NCBI RefSeq assembly: GCF_006345805.1
Contig: NC_043000.1
Span: 53,072,001 to 53,136,000, forward strand
DNA from: Octopus sinensis
Lineage: Eukaryota
Direction of reading: 5' to 3'
Length of the DNA: 64,000 bases
Positions 58,031-64,000 of this stretch are shown here, piece by piece (positions within the stretch are counted from its first letter, which is position 1; every line of letters begins with the position of its first letter). The notes below the pieces were generated by a model, which was not told the origin of the DNA, made no database searches, and worked only from the letters and a program-made list of their open reading frames with translations. A program made the translations under genes and the position numbers.

Positions 58031-59320
58031 TCTGCATCATATACATATAAGGGTAAATAGACTTTAAGTAGAAATTATTGAGAAGTCCGTGTTGTTTTTG
58101 CCTTTTAGTTCTAAGCCGACTGTGATAAAGCAAACCCTTAATCAACGATTTTAAAACCATAACTATCCCACCTGATTTTGAATCATTTTGTCTTGTAGAG
58201 TATTAGACAGCATTTGATATTAAAAAGATGCATAAGGACTAGTGTCATATAGTTTCTATTTCTAGCAAGTCGAGAGACCACATCAAGGAAGCGTCGTTAT
58301 TCTTCTTCATATATTGTTTGTTCCGTCATGTAACTAGAACGCTGTGAAATGCCATTGGTCATACGCTTAATTTCGACACGTAATGAAACAACATTCATCC
58401 ATTTAGTTACAACGTTTCACACAAAGTATTTGTTGTTATGAACTAAGATTGACGTTGATATTGCTGTGAATGTAGCGGATTAAATATTTTCATTGCCCAG
58501 AGTTGAAAATATAGTTTTCTGGCAAGCATTTTACAAGAAATCAGATGCCAACGGTTGAAATATTTCTTTGCTTCGAACATCAAATATATGAGCTATATTT
58601 TCTGACAAAGTTTTAAAAGTAAATTACAGCTTTTATTGTTTATTGTGGCAATCATAATATCTATAAGAATAATAATTTCCGTCAGGAACTACAGATCATC
58701 AATGGAGGATATTAATGTGTAATTGTTTCGTTCTGCTGCAAATAATTTTGAGAATGTATTCTCGTCAACTAGGGTAACATTTATCAGGTAACTCTATCGC
58801 AAAATGATCTCAATAATATTGCTTGAATAACATATTTAAAATAGAATACATATAAGGGAATGCAGTTCAAGAAAAGTAGCATGAAGATCGTGATAGTAAT
58901 ATATACAATTTTAGTTCATCTTACAAAATTGAAACTAAAGAACAGCACATAAAATTCATTACAAACAAAGAATAAACATGAGAAGTATGGATGTATCAGC
59001 TACGTGAAATAGCCAAATTTCCCTCAGCTACGACCAATCATTTTGGAAACGGGATAATGATATAGATTTAGACAGGTACTGCTAGTGTAGAGAACGTGTA
59101 AGAAATTGATCATAGATGTGGGCATAATTTGTAAACTACCACAACAGGCAACTTTCGACTTTGCTTCAACAGTGGTTTTAAAGCAAATATCTATGCGCTT
59201 TTATTTATTGCTTTACATGCTTCGAGATCCACTCTTCCAAAAGATAGATATTTCACTTCTTTAGACAATTTATAAATTACTTGACGTAAACTGGTTGGCC
59301 TATTACCATAGGCCTACACG

Positions 59321-59380
59321 TAATCTTTGACACGTTTTAACAGTATGCAAGTAATCTTTGACACGGTTTTATATTGCAAG
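59321..59380. repeat. Short tandem duplication (~31-bp unit)
   Basis: taatctttgacacg...tgcaagt occurs twice. Confidence 0.75.
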
Positions 59381-61455
59381 TGGTGAAACCGATGTTTTTG
59401 CAAACATTCAACGTTTTGTGACCACGGATATAACGATCTAACTCGATGCCTCGCACCATTCTCTGATACCCAAAAAACGAATCTCTGGTTTTCCCCACTT
59501 CTGATCTGATTAAATCACAAATTATTTTTATGAATAACTTGGGGCGAAAAAAACAAAATAAGAATTATTTTTACTTAATCACTTATCGCTTCCAGTAGTC
59601 GCAAGATAGATAAACACAAATATTTGAGCAACCGAAATAGATATTGCTTTATATATCTATGATATTATCAATTATCTTCACAATTTTCATAGCCCAAATA
59701 CTTATATTTACAGTGTATAAATTCGCCGGCAAACATAAATTATATTTTTGTTATTACGGAGATATAATCGCACACAGTGTATCTATACTCTCTCTCATTT
59801 TTTTTTTATTTTGAATTCTTTTCCCTGAAGATTATATTGGAGCCAGACTGATGAAAGACAATATTTGAACAGGAGTGTATTAGGAATAATGAGCAGAATG
59901 CAAATATTCAGAATTCATGGCAATCTTGCGAACATTTATCTACTGTCTTTTTACATAAATATAGTTCTTAAAAGAAGTAAAATGCATGTTTATATATTTC
60001 AATTAGTTCGACCTATGTATTTCTTAATGTTTACCTCTCACACTATAGGTATTTTTTATTTGTATGCTTACATATAAGCATAAATTGTTCAGTACATAAT
60101 ATGATATGTATCAGTATGTACATTGCAATATATCTTTAAGATGACAGATAATTTATAGTCATCGGGACATACAGTAAGAAGCTGCAAACGACTGTGCATT
60201 GTGATTCATTTTCAGAACATAATCAAGTTTTGTATTTCCTTTTCTTTTTGGCATTATTGGGTGTGAAAATAATTTACGTTTTCAATCATGATTGCCACCG
60301 AACATTGTTTTCGTGTTTATTTCATACAGAACACTTTTGTAGAATATATACAATATTTTTCCCTCGTTCAGGCGTCGTATTAAAGTGCAGGCGGCAGCAT
60401 GTACTTCCTACAAATAATTGCAAATACTGTGTACATACAGATACTTACATGTGCACACATAGATGCATGTATGCATATACGAGTGATAGATAAATACGCA
60501 ATTGAATCTATATATAACAGTCTCTCTATATATCTACATATACATGCATGCATACACACACGGGGAGATATATCGCTTTATCTTTCTTCTGTTCTCTCCT
60601 TATTATTATCGATGCCACGCACAAAAACCTATTATGTGATATTTGTCCATTTTAACTAAATGTAGATCAACCTGTTTATCTACCGATCTAGCTGTCTGCC
60701 AGTCTTCTTAAATATTCATTTAATACTGTCTCATGTGTTTTAACTTAATGTTATTACATATAAACTTTAATTACTTCACCTAAAATTAAGTGATTTTCTT
60801 TGTCCATTTGTGATTTTTCGAATACATGACTCTCTCATTCTCTCTTTCTTCCTCCCTCAATCTGAATGTATCGATCTGCGTATGGATGCATCTACCTCTC
60901 CCCTTCTTTCATATTTCATATAACAACAGCTACAACAAAAAGAACAAACGTAATAATATTAAAATTAATTCAACTCTTTCTAATATAAGCAATGGACTAG
61001 TATTTCAAGAAGAAAGTAGCTGTCGGTAACAGGGACCCCAATAATTGACTTATGCATTTTTCAATCAGATTCAAAAACATGAAATGAAATATTTACAATG
61101 AAATAAAATATTAGATTCAGAACGTAAAGAACTGGGAGACACCGATATGCCAGCAATTCAGCCAAAGAACGATAAAAAAATGTAATCTCTTTATAATGAG
61201 GCGCATCTACCTGGCGAAATGCAGACTTACCAGTATAGATGGTATGTTATCGCGTGTGTACCCGTGCAAATGTATATACTTGTATATTCTATCGAATGCA
61301 TATATTTATAAAAATATATACACACACATATGTATCCCAATGATGCCACATAAACATAAAAGGACGCGTCACAAACAAAGACACATTCATGCGTTATGGC
61401 ATTTATGTATCTGTAACTAACCATCTATGAATAGATATACATATATATGTGTGTA

Positions 61456-61487
<32 letters not shown>

Positions 61488-61594
61488 CACCTATATATAT
61501 ATGCATGTACATATATATATATATACGTATATATATATACGTATATATATACACACCTATAAATATATATATGCATGTATGTATATATATATAT

Positions 61595-61595
<1 letters not shown>

Positions 61596-61689
<94 letters not shown>
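61596..61689. repeat. (GATA)n microsatellite following a (TA)n tract
   Basis: Direct reading. Confidence 0.95.
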
Positions 61690-62721
61690 CAGTTTCTATT
61701 TCTATCTATTTGTAAGGCTGGTAAGTCTTAGTTCTTCCTTTAATGAACTTGTAAAGCTGCTTCAACTTTTCCCAACCCATACGTTTGATACATATTAAAG
61801 TTTATTATTAGAATATCGGTTTTCCAATAACGGAGAAAATGTTTTCTGACTAACAACTTTTTCTTCTTTTATGTACTATATTGCACTTAATTTTAGAATT
61901 ATGAATGCACACACACGCACACACACACACGCACGCACACGCACACACACATACACACACACATACACACATATATATATAGGCAAATTTATTGTTGAAA
62001 ATGCACCTAAATTTTGAAAACTTATAATTGTTTAAAATAAATTTATTTACATATATACCATACTAGTTTCAACAATGTTTTTTCTTTATCAATGGTAAAA
62101 GTTTAAAATTATGAATTAGAAAAACATCTTTAAAAGTTTCAATGTTGACAAATTAAAATATTTCAATATTGATAGATTAAAATTTTCGTAAGAGAATAAT
62201 TTAGAATTATGAATTAAGGGAACAAGTACAGGAATGTCAATGTTAACAAGCTAAAAATGTTCATAGCAGTCAATAACATTAAAACTGTAAATCAATTTTT
62301 TGAATGCACAAGGCTCATTAACGTTAGTAGTGATCGACAGTCATGAGTATCATCAAAGCTTCAGTCATACTGAGTTAAGCGGGAAAAAACAAGAGAGAAA
62401 TGAAGATAGTAGCGGTATGCTTTGGAATGAAGCATTTTAATATTTTTTTCGCCAGTGGATTTGATTTTTGATTCGTTAAAGTACTGGTGACGACTTGTTT
62501 CTCCGGTGTTCAGGTTTGTCGTTCTGCCTGGTTGGCAGATCCTCTCCATTTTCTTATTTGCCTTATAAATTGTGGGTAAATATCTAATTTACCTAGTATT
62601 CAGTTGCAATATTACCATGCAATAGTAAGCATTTGGTTAAAAATACGTTGGTACACATCCAGTAGTATATTGAATATTTAATATCCCTTGAATGGTTTCT
62701 TAACCACTAACTCATACAGAT

Positions 62722-62752
<31 letters not shown>

Positions 62753-62772
62753 ACATCTCAGATGTAAGATCT

Positions 62773-62867
62773 CGTCTCTGAAGACGAACGCTCCTTCCAT
62801 CTTATGATGGAATCTATCCACAAACACTATTATGAACTGCCGAGCCTCACGAAACAGCTGTTAGATT
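62773..62867 (+). ncRNA. Degenerate hammerhead ribozyme motif
   Basis: gtct-CTGAAGA (62778-62784)...GAAA-CAGCTG-TT-agat (62851-62866). Palindromic stem III and short stem I are present, but stem II pairs only partly (GCTC/GAGC). Flanked by (TA)n and (TATG)n. Confidence 0.5.
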
Positions 62868-64000
62868 TGTAATACTTTTCCTCCATCGCTCTGATGTACT
62901 TGTTTATGTACGTACGTATGTATGCATACTTATATGTTTGTATGTATGTGCGTATTAATGTATGTATGTGTGTATGTATGTACGTATTTATGTATGCGTG
63001 TGTGTATGTTTGTATGTATGAAAGTGTGCATGTGTGTATGCGTGTTTGTTGGCATGTATGTATATATATATATATGTAATATATGATAAAGGCAAGCAAA
63101 TCAAATCTTCCAAGTCACCGTGAAACCTTAACTCTAATACTCTATATCGCTTCTAATCTATGTAGGCTGGACCTTTCTATATGTATACATATACACATTT
63201 TTTGTATATTTGTGTATGAATGTATGAATATACATGTATCTAAATGCTTCTGTCAATCAGCAAATCTACTTATTTATGTGTGAGTGCGTGCGTAGTTGCA
63301 AGTGAATGAGTGTGTTTGTTTGTGTGTGTGTGTTTGTCTGTGTGTGGGGGGTTGTTTGTGTTTGTGTGTGTCTGTGCGAGAATGACAGAGTGATCGAGCT
63401 ATCTTGCGCACTCCACAGAAGTAATTATATCGAGACACCTGGAGCTCTTATTAAGTAAGAAGATATATCTAACATTTCGTACTGTACTCCGGCTGTATTT
63501 TCGAAATAATGTTATCTAATTATTTAATTTTAGTAAATTTTTGCTAACAGATAGAACAGGTGTTGCGTCGAATTTCGGACGAATTATTGAGGATTATTTA
63601 GTTATGTCTTCTTTTCATACAAAAATCAAAAGCGGAATGTAGTTGAGGATAGGTGAACAAAATATGAGAAATAACATATGTAGGAGAGTGAAGTAGAGGC
63701 AAGGAGTAATTATAGCTGGGCAAAACCTGACTTATTTTAAAACACTAATAGGAAAAAAATATATGTTCGTAATTTATCAATGCAATATCCTAATAGTTAA
63801 AAATTTGTATTGTATCTTCGTTTGGTAAAGATTTTTCACATGAAGGAAAATATCTCAGTTTGGAGCTTTATTCAGACTGAGTTTATTAACCGAATGACTG
63901 TAGAAATACTGTGAAGAAAAATTAAAACGAGCTTAAATAAATTAAAATCAATACAAATTACTAAGTTTAAATTAAATTGAATATATCAGGAAATTATGGA

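Noticed and set aside
62361-62549. Locally GC-richer minus-strand ORF as a possible exon
   Set aside because: No recognisable motif and no clear splice sites.

Overview
AT-rich, microsatellite-saturated animal genomic DNA. The repeat families, (TA)n/(AAT)n density and SINE types point to a cephalopod (Octopus-like) genome; this is inference. No intact host protein-coding gene is visible, and most predicted ORFs are microsatellite translations. The window holds decayed mobile elements: a near full-length DD34D mariner (24503-26109, one frameshift), several deleted Tc1/mariner copies, an m44-type transposase remnant, two copies of an 8-bp-TSD MITE carrying CCCTAA repeats, Penelope-like (PLE) fragments, RTE and Hero/NeSL LINE pieces, a co-oriented stack of R4/Dong-like RLE LINE 3' ends in (AAT)n (51.7-54.9 kb), and many SINEs. 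The most notable signal is a set of minimal type-I hammerhead ribozyme motifs with palindromic stem III. Two of them sit in a ~350-bp-arm inverted repeat (23516-24320) and several others sit in short microsatellite-embedded elements. Also notable are two mariners carrying copies of nearby flanking DNA and weak traces of a decayed minus-strand EGF/FN3-type gene (30.5-42.5 kb). All calls were made by eye without searches, and boundaries of degraded elements are approximate.
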